Below are positions 13,535-24,691 of a DNA stretch of 64,000 nt, in pieces. The DNA lies in the NCBI GenBank assembly GCA_964057225.1, contig OZ059895.1, forward strand, positions 10,850,001 through 10,914,000. Direction: 5' to 3'. The notes under the pieces are model-generated. The model did not search any database. It was not told the DNA's origin and saw only the letters and a list, made by a program, of their open reading frames with translations. The translations under genes and the position numbers were made by a program. Within the stretch, counting starts at the first letter, position 1. The number at the start of each line of letters is the position of its first letter. Origin of the DNA: Auanema rhodensis. Taxonomy: Eukaryota > Animalia > Nematoda.

Positions 13535-16500
13535 ATGGCTGCTAATAGGTTGTGTCTTTTTGATTATTTGTTTGTAAACTTTTTCTTTTTTTAGTTATAA
13601 ACGTTTATGTGAAGAGCTAGTTATAAACGTTTATGTGAAGAGCTTTGATTATGAAGAGATTAATCAGCTCAGGTAATTTAACACAATTTTGAATCTTTAT
13701 ATATATTTTGTTTTTTTAGTAAACGTATAAAGTTTACCGAGGCTGGTGGGATCGAGCTCTGTGAGCCCACATCACCCACTTTTAACAGTGGGCCCTCATC
13801 ATCAAGGGTTATTGAAGTAATAACCTTGGATGACAGTGATGAGTAAGCGATATTAAAAATTATAGCAATTAGTTTTTTTTTCTTTTCAAGAGAATGGGAT
13901 CCCGCTACCCCATCAACCAGTGGAGGGCAAGTCGGATATGGAGCGGCTTTCAACGATGTCTGTAAAATAGAGGTGCGATCTTTTATTTACATATTATTTC
14001 ATAATATATCTTTTGAAACATGAAATTTTCTCTTGCTCCAGTTGCATATTTTGAAAACATTTTGAAATTTATTTCTCTTTTTCAATTGCATTCATAAAAT
14101 TCTCTCTCTCTCTCATCTTTACATTTCATCTCAATCTATATCTTTTATCAAACAAATTGCAAGTATTTTGAAATTTATATATTCATTCTTTTGAACAGCA
14201 TTCATTTTAAAATTTTTACATTTCATCTCACTATATATCTTTCTTTCAACCATTTTGAATTCTTACAAATTATAAATATTTCAAACATTTTGAACTAGTA
14301 AAATAATAAAACACCATCTTGTCCTTCTCAATTATCTTTAAACATTTTTCGAACAACAATTTAAACATTTTAACAAATGTTTATAAAAGTTTTTTCAAAG
14401 TTGATAAAAAAAAAAACTTTATATTTAAAAATCAAAAGCCATTTATTTTTAAACATTGATAAGAATAATTTAAAGAAAAGTAAATTTATTAAAAGTTATA
14501 AACAAAAATTATTTATATTTAAACTAAAAGCGTATAACCATTATAAAAAGTGTGTATTATAGTGGTCACACCGACGCATAAAACGCACTGGTCGGTTCAC
14601 CAACGTGGTCGTTAGATCGCTCACGTTCCCACATTTGGAAAACATTAATGAGCCAATGCATGTTGTCATGCCGCGGCTATTTAATGAGTTCCTTGATCGG
14701 TGCCTTGCTGAAAGTGGTGTGCCAGATAAACAAAAAGCACTATTTTGTTTATCAATAGAGCACCCATCCTTTGAAAAGGGATCCATATTTATGGATTTCC
14801 GTAGAAGGGAGCATTTGGATGGCGTTGCCATCATGAATGCCATCAGCAAGGTACAGCAATCAAAGCGAGAGGCTGTAATTAGCCAGGCAATGAATATTGA
14901 AATGTATGTGTTTGATGAAAGACCGGTGCAGCCAAGCCTGATGCCTGGTGAAGGTAGAGTTGGTTTCTATTTTGATGCCGAACTCAAAATACCTGGCACA
15001 ATTGAGAACAATGATACACATTGCCTGGCTAGAGCAGCAGTTGTGGGAATGTGGAAAGCCGATGAAGAGGCAGCAGAAGATGTAATTGAGAAGCGGAGGA
15101 TTCAAAATCTTCGTCGCAACTACATCTTGTTGCCAAATCAACCACATCATATCAATTTATTAAATAAGTGTGGTATTTCTGTACATTTACCAAATTATAT
15201 TTTAAACCATTTAAATATTATTGCAAGTTGTAATACAGACTATAAGTTTGTAGTATACGCTAGGCCACCTGGACAGCGTATACTACAAACTTATAGTCTG
15301 TATTATACAATATTCAGCGTATTTTTAATGAAACGGCTAGCAAAGTGGTAACACTAGGCTACCGAAATAATCATTATGACTATATTACAACTTGTAGTAG
15401 ATCACAGCTTTTTGATGGTATTATATGCCAACACTGTAAATTATCTTACAAAACAGTGTTGCATAGATGTAAAGCCAAGTGTAATTCGATGGAAAATGTG
15501 GTTGAAAGTAGCATAAGATGTGATAGTTGTAGAGTTTTGTTTAAAACTCGTCAATGCTTTGACAGGCATATTAGAAAAACATGTCGAATGTTTAAGGTAA
15601 TTTAAAAAATATATATAAAATTTTACAAGATTAAATTCAGACATGTGAAAACTGTGATCATTATCACAGGGTGCGTGCAGATAGACCGCACAATTGCAAT
15701 GAGAAATTTTGCAAAAAGTGTGAGCAAACAAAGCCTGAAGATCATTCTTGTTGTTGGGTACCACCTAACGACAAGAAGAAGGATCAGTTAAAAAAGAGGC
15801 AAGAAAAATACAAGGTTTGTATTTTACATCTTTACAAGTGTAATGCTTACTTGTTTAAGATTATTTTTTATGACTTTGAAACGGTTGTGTTAAAAAACGG
15901 TACAAATGTTCATGAATATGCAGATGAACAATGGCCCAATATGGTTGTGTATAATAAATTTTGTGAAAGTTGTATAGATGCCAACTCATGTGAAAAATGC
16001 ACAACCAAGGAGGGCCATTTTGGGTATCAACAAGGTGATAGTGAATGGTCTGTAACAGATCGTTTTCTTGATTGGTTACTCAACTCTGTTGAGAATGATA
16101 ATGCAATTTTGATTGCGCATAATGGTTCACGCTTTGACATACATTTCTTGGTGTCTAGGCTGATAAACCGTGGTATATATTCTGATCCAATTTTAAATGG
16201 GACCAAGATTATAAGCATGGTTGTCAAGCCTTTAAGAGGTCAAAAATTTAATCATTTATATTTTAAAGATAGTTATTTATTAGTGCCTTTACCCTTATCA
16301 GCGTTACCCAAGGCATTTGGTGTACCTGATATGAGTAAAGGACAGTTTCCTTACCTCTTTAATCATCCAATAAATTATGGCAAAGTGTTGCCATCTTTAC
16401 CACCAAAACAGTACTATTGTACTGCTAGAATGAAAGCAGAAGACCTAGCTTCATTCAATATTTGGTATGAAGAGCGTAATCAAAGAGCGTTTGATTTAGA

Positions 16501-18718
16501 TGAAGAGCTTTTGGAATATTGTAGGACAGATGTCCGTATTTTAACCAACTGTATGAAAGTTTACATGAAGTTGGCAACCGCCACCACTGGCTGGAATCCT
16601 GTCATACAATGTATGACATTTGCCAGTTTCTCTTTATTCCAGGCAAGTTTTTTAAAATACAAGCATTTTCAAAACTAGTATATTACAGTTGAAAATGAAC
16701 CACATTAAAGAGAACCAAGTGGGTATTCTGCCCGAGACTGGTTATTATGCCGGTCAAAAGCAGAGTATAATAGCCATAAAGTATATAAAATGGCTAGAAC
16801 AAGGATTGGGCCGCCCATTAATGCATAAGCTTAATGGTGGTGAATTTGCAGTGAGAGTAGATGGCCATTGCTATCTGCTTGATGCTTATGACCCCGTTGC
16901 CAATCATGGCTATGAGGTGAGTAATTTGTAATAAATGTAAAAAATGCAAATTTTTGTACATTAATGATTGTCTTTACCATGGTTGCCCCCAGTGCACCAA
17001 CAAGAGCGCTATAGCACCAGGCAGAAATGGTGAAACAATGGAAGAGGTAATTGTGACTTTTTTAATCATTTTAATTTGAAAAATTTAGGTTTATGATAAA
17101 ACCATGAAAAGGCTTCAAGCAATTCAAAGCCAAGGCATTAGTGTTACCACAGTGTGGGAGCACGAAATTAATGCTCGAATTTCGGCCAATGAAGAAATGG
17201 CAAAATTTATGCGTGAAACAAATGTTGTTACACGCTTGGCACCTAGAGATGCCTTTACCGGTGGCCGCACCCAGACATATAAGCTTTTGGCACAAGCTTC
17301 GGATAGATACTCGCTCGAGTATGTGGACTTTTGTTCACTATATCCATATGTCACCGCTTTTGATGCCTACTACCCTGTAGGTAATCCCAAAGTTATTACT
17401 GAGGGTTTCAAAAGCTTTGAGACATGTTGCCCATACAAGGGGCTAGTAAAATGTGACGTGCTTGCACCCACGAATTTGCTGTACCCTGTATTAGGCACAC
17501 GTATTGGCGGTAAATTAATTTTTACAAACTGTCGCACTTGTGCAGTCAAAAGTAAAAATGTAACATGTGAGCACCAAAATGATGTAAATGCTCGAAAGCT
17601 GCATCTAACTGTGACACATGTTGAGCTCGAGTGTGCCATACAACGTGGCTATAAAGTGCTTCATGTGCATGAGGTTTGGCACTGGGAAGAATGGCAACAA
17701 GGCGGCCTGTTTAAAGAGTTTGTACAAAAGTACATAAAAATTAAACAAGAGGCGTCGGGCTGGCCAAAGCCAAACATGACAGAGGAAGAAAAGGTATGTT
17801 TTAATAAAAGTATCACATTAAATAGAATTTTACAGGTAATATATCTCCAAGAGCACGAGGAGAACACTGGTGTTGCTCTGGAGAGCAATAAAATTGAAAA
17901 GAATGCTGCCATGCGTAGCATTGCCAAACTGCAGCTAAATAGGTTTGTAAACTTTTTAAAACAATACATTACAAATTTGCTTATAGTATCTGGGGTAAAA
18001 TGGGTCAAAGACCTGATAAAGCCCAAACCAAGATTATTGGTGTTGAGGACCCAGAAATTGGTAGGATCATTACTGATCCTGCAAGGGAACTCACTGGGTT
18101 CAAAATTGTGGATAATGTTGCGTACTGCACAACAGTACCAGAGGATTCACATTTGGCACCACCGCCTTTTACAAATGTAGCTATTGCGGCCTATACAACC
18201 GCTCATGCAAGGCTACTATTGTATAAGGCAATGAAGAAAATTGGAAAGAATTTGGTGTATACAGGTAATTTTATACTTTGTATTCAATTTAAACTTACAT
18301 TATTTAGGCACGGATTCACTAATTTATCAAAGGTGCCTGGATGAGCCAGATCCAATTGAGGATATGAAAGGTGAATGGTTAGGTAAACTAACCTCTGAAA
18401 TATCCGATGGTTGGTCAATGACCAAGTTTGTATCACCAGCAGCAAAAGTTTATAGTTATGAACTTGTAAATGCAGCTGGTGATGTAAAATATGTAACAAA
18501 GGCAAAGGGAGTGGTAAGTACGAGCTTTGACTTTTCAAATAATTTTATAATTTTCAGACATTGGACCACACGGCAGCGTCAGTGGTAAACTTTGAAAATA
18601 TAAAGCGACTGGTTTGCGGACTCGTTATGGATGGAGAAAAATTGGTTTTAAAAACCAATACGACATTGTTAAAGAGGCAACTCGGTGCCATATCCACAAT
18701 GGATATGACAAAAAGTAC
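13535..18718 (+). pseudogene. Protein-primed B-family DNA polymerase (pPolB), 13 introns, disrupted
   Basis: Exonuclease motifs FYDFET, AHNGSRFD, YCRTDV; polymerase motifs DFCSLYP, K-x3-NSIWGK (spliced), YTGTDS (spliced, D>G); KAKG; frameshift near 15290, dead acceptor at 16959, C-terminus deleted. Confidence 0.92.
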
Positions 18719-19123
18719 GCCAACAAGACCTACTACAACACGTTTTGGTGTATGAGACGTGAATAATATATTATTAGGTGAATCCAAGCGGCCTCCTTCT
18801 ATGAAATAAGAGCGCATTTTCACTGATGTCATGGGGTAGTGTATTCGATCCTTTGCGAGTTTATCTTCTATAGCCAATAGCTAATCCAGCGTTTAGATCA
18901 AACTCTTGAATGAGCAAATGTACATCGCTGATATCTACTTTCAAATTTGGAAACTCCTCCTTTAATGTAGTATCCTTGTTTTCATTATTCCAGCCTAGAG
19001 TGTCAATTAAAAAGTTATCACGGTTTGGATATGCAGTTAGCTCCATTTTTGAATAGTTTACAAACAGTAGTTGATATTAGGTAAAAGGGCTTGTGCTGAT
19101 TTTGAATCTATCAATTTAGCCAT
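18719..19123 (-). pseudogene. Major capsid protein remnant (internal and 3' deletions, frameshift)
   Basis: Start MAKLIDSKS at 19123 joined to LFVNYSKMEL...YPMTSVKMRSYFI...PKRVVVGLV, matching the longer MCP ORF at 63221-63949. Confidence 0.8.
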
Positions 19124-19588
19124 TTAAATGTGAAACGACCGCTCACTAGTGATGCACAACCGCTTATGAGGTTTTGTGGTTTTGCGTCGTCGCCGTTTGC
19201 CCAAGCCGGTAAGATCTCGTATAGCTTGTCGGCCGGCTGTTTTAAGAGTTTCCTTGATATTATCGCTTTTCAGCACCCCATCGACAATTTCATTACCAGT
19301 TTTCAGCAACTGTCCGCCAAGAGGTGAATTTACAACTGGACTATTGCTTACAGCACTGGATAAGGCGTTTCTTCCGGCATTGATGAGATTTTGGGCTATA
19401 GGTGATTGAATGATGCGTGGTAGAAATGATGCCAAAGTTGCCAAAATACCACCCAAACCATGACCCCTCTGCATTCCACGTTGAAACATCATTCCGCTAA
19501 ATGGGGCGCCACCCATTTGTTGATTTAAAAGTGTTGTCCATTGAATAGAGTTGACATCCAAAAGGAGGTGCGGCATATCGAACCGCAC
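19124..19588 (-). CDS. Putative basic core protein (pVII/PW-like)
   Basis: QRGMQRGHGLGG glycine motif and KRRRRK basic tail; sits between MCP and protease. Confidence 0.7.
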   Translation of the reverse strand: MRFDMPHLLLDVNSIQWTTLLNQQMGGAPFSGMMFQRGMQRGHGLGGILATLASFLPRIIQSPIAQNLINAGRNALSSAVSNSPVVNSPLGGQLLKTGNEIVDGVLKSDNIKETLKTAGRQAIRDLTGLGKRRRRKTTKPHKRLCITSERSFHI

Positions 19589-19627
19589 GCGCGCAATACA
19601 AAAGTTACACTAGATCATTCTACTAAA

Positions 19628-20083
19628 ATGTATTCGTCTGAAATAGTATCACTATTGCAATCTGTCCCCAGCACTCGGAAACTATTCCTCGGTGTATATA
19701 GCGCTGATACTCTACCCAAAACGCGTCGTAAAAACTTTGCACTTGTCGTAAATACTGACACACATGATAAGCCAGGCACACATTGGCAGGTCATCTTTGT
19801 CCGTAAGAAGCAAGCCTATTTTTTCTGTAGCTTGGGATATAAAATGAACAAGTACATTCAAAATTATCTGGCCAAATATAAAAAGGTAAAAATTAATACT
19901 TGCAAACCACAACGTATAATTGAATACACTTGTGGTGGCTATGTGGTATTTGTAATACTAATGTTGTCGGCTGGTAATTCATTTGAAAGCATTTGTTCAT
20001 TTTTTAAACTATTGAAAAATGATGATGTCTTTATTAAAGCGTTTATGCATAAAGTATTCGACTATAAATTGGCTACCATATAA
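19628..20083 (+). CDS. Adenain-like cysteine maturation protease
   Basis: GVYSAD, VVNTD..KPGTHW, Q...CGGY motifs; ATG 19628 matches copy at 62256. Confidence 0.9.
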   Translation: MYSSEIVSLLQSVPSTRKLFLGVYSADTLPKTRRKNFALVVNTDTHDKPGTHWQVIFVRKKQAYFFCSLGYKMNKYIQNYLAKYKKVKINTCKPQRIIEYTCGGYVVFVILMLSAGNSFESICSFFKLLKNDDVFIKAFMHKVFDYKLATI

Positions 20084-20285
20084 GAAATTTGTCATTAATA
20101 ACCTGCTACATTACGTGGTCAGTTATGAATATTCCTTGTCACTGTGAATTATGTGTCAAATACACGTTGGAGCAATCTAAACCAGCGCCCCCATTGGGAT
20201 TGGGCTTTTGTACAACACTAGCCATATTATTGCTCATTTTATAAAAGTGGGTTGATTGCGTGTGGTCGTTTTTCATTTTCCTCTA

Positions 20286-20750
20286 ATGGAACTTTTATGT
20301 AACAAATATTGTGGTACATGCAAGGAAATATTTTCTTCAACCAAGCATTTTAGTGATCACGTTTTGAAAAGACATGCAGGGATTCAACCCATATGTAACA
20401 ATTATATCAGCAATGCTGACTTTATTCAAAAATATGGACACTTGGATGGTGTTCGTAGACGTTTGTGCCCTCATTGTAGTGAAACTTTTGGAACAAGATT
20501 CAATTGTGAGCGTCATATTCGGCGTATTCATAATAATAATGGAACGAATGGTGAAGATGGTGATGGAAATGATACCAGCAAACCCTCTGAAAAAGCTGAG
20601 GAGTTTGTACATTCAATCCAATCAAAAAGATGCCGCAGCAATAGTGACGGAGAACATTCACAACACGAGCCGAGCGACAAACAAAACTGCCCTAAACTAT
20701 CTTTTAAACCTTCGAAAATAAAAATGTGGTATTGTATAACTGTTGAATAA
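20286..20750 (+). CDS. C2H2 zinc-finger protein
   Basis: CGTC-x12-H-x4-H and CPHC-x12-H-x4-H. Confidence 0.75.
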   Translation: MELLCNKYCGTCKEIFSSTKHFSDHVLKRHAGIQPICNNYISNADFIQKYGHLDGVRRRLCPHCSETFGTRFNCERHIRRIHNNNGTNGEDGDGNDTSKPSEKAEEFVHSIQSKRCRSNSDGEHSQHEPSDKQNCPKLSFKPSKIKMWYCITVE

Positions 20751-20755
20751 AGCGT

Positions 20756-21613
20756 TTATTTCATATTTTTAACATGCAATGTAACAACTGTAGAACCATA
20801 ATTAAATTGCATAGGACGACCAAATTCATCTAAAATTTTAATACGTATGGTATCGAGTGTTTGTCTAGTGATTGGTACATAACGAATAGGATTAAATGTT
20901 TTGGCAATCATTTTACCAAATTTAGTAGGAGGTGGTACAGGTAAACATGCAAGTAAATTAGCTTTCACATTACCAAGAATGGAATATTCTACAATATCAC
21001 AATATATATACATTGTATTAATGTTATTTGAAAAATCAATGGGACGCCTGGCTATTATTGTATCGTTGATGTTTTTATTTTCAAAACCAAGAAAATATGC
21101 AAAATCATCACCAAGCGTTGCATTCATTAATAGTCGCTTGCTTGTTACAAACTCTATGCGCTGCAATGTTTTGTTAAACTGAAATGTGGCATCTGCGAGC
21201 ATTTCCTCCACTAGCTTAGCTTCAGCCTGGCGATTATTATGCCACTTTTTTACATCTTCATCTTTATCTATTAAACTTTTTATACGTGCTTCTTCCTCAG
21301 CTCCAAGAGGCTTTGTATTGTTGGCGATAAATGATTCTCTTCCAGCATTGATTCCGCGTATTATTTCATCACCATTTGCATAGTTGCCTTTAGGCAAGTG
21401 TAGAATAAATTTTCTATTGGAAAAACGTAGTGTATAAAATAAATCTTTTTGAACAATTAATATAGAACAAGGAAAAATGATGTCTGTCAGCCCAATGCAA
21501 TATCTATTATTGCATAGCCTTAGTGTTTCAGGTAATCTGGTAAGAAACACTGATGATGTATTACTTTTTTCAGAGTCAACTGATGATGGAAGAGTAATGT
21601 AAAAATCATCCAT
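20756..21613 (-). CDS. Minor capsid/penton protein
   Basis: N-terminal FYITLPS and C-terminal YIYCDIVE...LL...YVP...I.I.I.D..G..F..G..V.LH pattern typical of Maverick penton. Confidence 0.8.
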   Translation of the reverse strand: MDDFYITLPSSVDSEKSNTSSVFLTRLPETLRLCNNRYCIGLTDIIFPCSILIVQKDLFYTLRFSNRKFILHLPKGNYANGDEIIRGINAGRESFIANNTKPLGAEEEARIKSLIDKDEDVKKWHNNRQAEAKLVEEMLADATFQFNKTLQRIEFVTSKRLLMNATLGDDFAYFLGFENKNINDTIIARRPIDFSNNINTMYIYCDIVEYSILGNVKANLLACLPVPPPTKFGKMIAKTFNPIRYVPITRQTLDTIRIKILDEFGRPMQFNYGSTVVTLHVKNMK

Positions 21614-21659
21614 GACAAACCACCACTTGATACGTGTACACTATTGCAAATGAAATCAT

Positions 21660-22340
21660 TTGCATTTTAGGTACATTTACGAGTGGTTGATTATGGTTTT
21701 CAGCTTCAAACTACCCAGTCAGACAACTGTAATAGGTGCTACCCGATGCGGTAAAACAACCCTCATAAAGCACATATGTGAAAAAACTGAAACGTTTTTC
21801 AACGTCCCCATTGATAGAATATTCTGGTTCAGTCAATGTGGGTCATCGTCAGGTGTACCAATAAATGATGAGCGTTTAATAATTATTCAAGGGCCTCCTG
21901 ATCCTGATTTGATAAAAGTACAAAAGGGAGTAAATACTATACTAGTGCTGGATGATTTGATGAACTTTTTTTCATCGAATAAAGCAGCAAAGGAATTACT
22001 CAACAACATTTTTACAGTATGGGCTCATCACTGGAATTTGGCAGTGTTTAATCTTGTGCAAGCGGCATTTCAACTGGACAGGACCAGTCGAATCAATAGT
22101 ACATATATAATACTGATGAAAAGTCATTCAGATATATTACAAATACGTAATTGTCTGCAGCAATTATTTGGGCCACGTTTCAAAAATGCTCTAGAGGCGT
22201 ATGATGATGCAATGTCTACTCCCTATAGTCATTTACTGATTGACAATCATCCTTTAACAAGTGAGAAGCAGCATATACTATTTGATATAACAGCGGAGAA
22301 CCCTATTGTTTATGTTGCCAGAAATGTGTTTAGTGTTTAA
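21660..22340 (+). CDS. A32/FtsK-like packaging ATPase
   Basis: Walker A GATRCGKT, Walker B ILVLDD, HH...Q and RIN motifs; start probably ATG 21693. Confidence 0.92.
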   Translation: MHFRYIYEWLIMVFSFKLPSQTTVIGATRCGKTTLIKHICEKTETFFNVPIDRIFWFSQCGSSSGVPINDERLIIIQGPPDPDLIKVQKGVNTILVLDDLMNFFSSNKAAKELLNNIFTVWAHHWNLAVFNLVQAAFQLDRTSRINSTYIILMKSHSDILQIRNCLQQLFGPRFKNALEAYDDAMSTPYSHLLIDNHPLTSEKQHILFDITAENPIVYVARNVFSV

Positions 22341-22352
22341 AGTGCTTGTTCA

Positions 22353-22661
22353 ATGAGTGGTCGTATTTTGTCAAATTTCAACTTTTTGTCTTCTTGCGCC
22401 AAAACTCCTTGTTCTGTTTCCTCATTTTCTTTCGCACAAATTGAAATTATTGTTGAAATTGTATTTAATATTGTGAAAAATAATAATTTTCTTTTAACTA
22501 ACAAGGAATATAAAACCCTCTTGCCCATATCTTCATTATTACGTCAAATAGCTTTGATACGCACACCGGAAAAAGCTAAATCATTATTGGCAACGCTTTC
22601 ACACAAACAATTGAAAACAATAGTTACATGTGGTATTGCCTATTTTGGTTTTAAATCATGA
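22353..22661 (+). CDS. Small Maverick ORF of unknown function
   Basis: ATG-initiated 102-aa ORF tightly packed between ATPase and next ORF (ATGA overlap). Confidence 0.6.
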   Translation: MSGRILSNFNFLSSCAKTPCSVSSFSFAQIEIIVEIVFNIVKNNNFLLTNKEYKTLLPISSLLRQIALIRTPEKAKSLLATLSHKQLKTIVTCGIAYFGFKS

Positions 22662-23373
22662 AGCTCAACCATAAATATCGACTAATTCCTGTCGACGAGG
22701 AAACAATTAATATAGACAAGTTTGATGCAGAGCTCAAGCTTTTACGAGAAAATAGAGCTATACCCGACTATAAAAAGGCTGAACTATACGAAGACTTGAT
22801 TGCTCGTCTCAAAAACTATAGAGAAAGTATAGATGCGCCCATATCAGTACAAGTGGAAAATGCTGATCCACCTCTATTGCCAGAATACAAGTTGCCAAGA
22901 AAGTATAACAATTTGTGGGAGAAATTTCCAGAGGTGCGCACAAACAAGAGTAATCAACTTGTGATTAATAATGAGGCTGTACCAAACACGAATATTACAA
23001 AAATTTAGATTTTGTATTGGATAAAACAAAAACGGAGCCCAATGGGTTTTCAGTCTTGTCAAAGTTTTTAGCCAGTAAAAGCGTACCTAGTTCTAACAAG
23101 AAACAAACTAGAAGAGAGTCGGCTGACAATGATTCAGTTGACGTTGTAACTAGAGCTGAACCGGCTGTTACAGACTTGGACTCTACTATATTACCTAGAA
23201 CGCCTCGTCATCGTAAAGCTGTTATTCGATATTCACCATCACCGGTTCGTACACTCAAAAGTAAAAGGTCAAAGACTTTTGATACTGCCGCCGAATCATA
23301 TTACACACCACAAGAAGGAGACTCACAGAATGGCCAAGGTCGTAAAAGGTTCTACATTAGATTATGGAAATGA
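22658..23373 (+). pseudogene. PZ-like Maverick protein, frameshifted near 23005
   Basis: Two ORFs join on restoring 1 nt; ends QNGQGRKRFYIRLWK overlapping integrase start. Confidence 0.6.
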
Positions 23374-24397
23374 TATTTTGGCGAGCATTTATTACGATAT
23401 AAAACATCCAGCTTCATATACATCAGCCAAGAATATATTATCGCAAGCACGAAAACATGGCATTTCAAAGGTACAAGTTGATGATTTTTTGCAAGATTCT
23501 GAAACTTTTACACGGCATAAACCAACCAGAATGCGTATGCAGACTAGAAAGACTAGAGGATGTGGTCGATTTCCAACAGTGCAAGCAGATTTGGTTGATA
23601 TGCAAAAATATAAAAAATTAAACGACGGCTATGCTTACATGTTGACCATGATTGATGTTTATACACGCATGTTATATGTTAGGCCTTTGAAAACTAAAGG
23701 TGGTATAGAGGTTGCTAGTGCATTTGAAAGTTTATTCAAAAATTTTATACCAATTCAGTTGATTACTGATAATGGCACAGAGTTTTATAATAGTCATTGT
23801 GAAAAACTATTCAAAAAGTTTGCCATACTGCACGGATTCACAAGTTCACCACAAAAGGCTGCAATGGTGGAGCGAGCAAATAGAACTTTAAAAACACGCA
23901 TGATGAAATATCTCTATTACAAGAATAATCATCGTTGGATTGATATCCTAAATGATTTGGTTGAAGGAATAAACAAATCTTATAACCGCTCCATAAAAAT
24001 GCGGCCCATTGATGTTAAAGCAAATATATTTATTGAAGAATATGCACCAGCTGTTAAAAGCCGCTTTAAAATTGGTGATACTGTTCGCATAAGCAAAAAT
24101 AGGCGTACTTTTGAAAAAAGCTACGAGTCTGGATATACAATGGAGCTATTCACAATTGATGAGGTTGTAACCGGAAACCCAACCGTGTATAAACTTGTAG
24201 ATTATAATGGTGAACGTATAAAGGGAATATTCTACGAACCTGAACTTGTCTTGGCTACTAATAAAAGTAACAAGTACTATATAGAAAAAGTTTTAAAAGA
24301 GCGTACTCGAAGCGGTAAACGTCAAGTATTTGTAAAATGGAGTGGATATCCCGACAACTTTAATGAATGGATAGATGCAGAAAATTTAAATGTTTAA
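23330..24397 (+). CDS. Retroviral-like (rve) integrase with C-terminal chromodomain
   Basis: DDE residues in QADLVD, ITDNGTEF, VERANRTLK; chromodomain YYIEKVL...VKWSGYPDNFNEW; frame open. Confidence 0.95.
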   Translation: MAKVVKGSTLDYGNDILASIYYDIKHPASYTSAKNILSQARKHGISKVQVDDFLQDSETFTRHKPTRMRMQTRKTRGCGRFPTVQADLVDMQKYKKLNDGYAYMLTMIDVYTRMLYVRPLKTKGGIEVASAFESLFKNFIPIQLITDNGTEFYNSHCEKLFKKFAILHGFTSSPQKAAMVERANRTLKTRMMKYLYYKNNHRWIDILNDLVEGINKSYNRSIKMRPIDVKANIFIEEYAPAVKSRFKIGDTVRISKNRRTFEKSYESGYTMELFTIDEVVTGNPTVYKLVDYNGERIKGIFYEPELVLATNKSNKYYIEKVLKERTRSGKRQVFVKWSGYPDNFNEWIDAENLNV

Positions 24398-24691
24398 TTT
24401 TTCAATGTTATAAACAATTGTAATTATAATAAATGATTTATTTGATATATCGCATAATGTAACAATAAAAAACCAGCAAAATACAAACAACAATTCAACC
24501 TGCAAAAAAAAAAATGTAGACTATTCAAATTTTCAAATTCTTACCAGTTGGTTGATCATTCGTCCTCAATTGATGAGCCATTGATGGATATTCGCAAGAG
24601 CTGGAAAAAAAATGTTACGGCTGAGAATATAAAAATGCCACATAACAAAACAAGAATAAAACGCCAATTGTACTATTTGTGCTTGTTGTAG

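Noticed and set aside
12596-14562. ORFs 12596-12799, 14377-14562 and 26248-26439
   Set aside because: Low-complexity AT-rich TIR or intron sequence
14541-19912. Many antisense or alternate-frame ORFs over pPolB, capsid and protease (likewise over BEL pol and copy 2)
   Set aside because: Shadows of recognised coding strands with no motifs of their own
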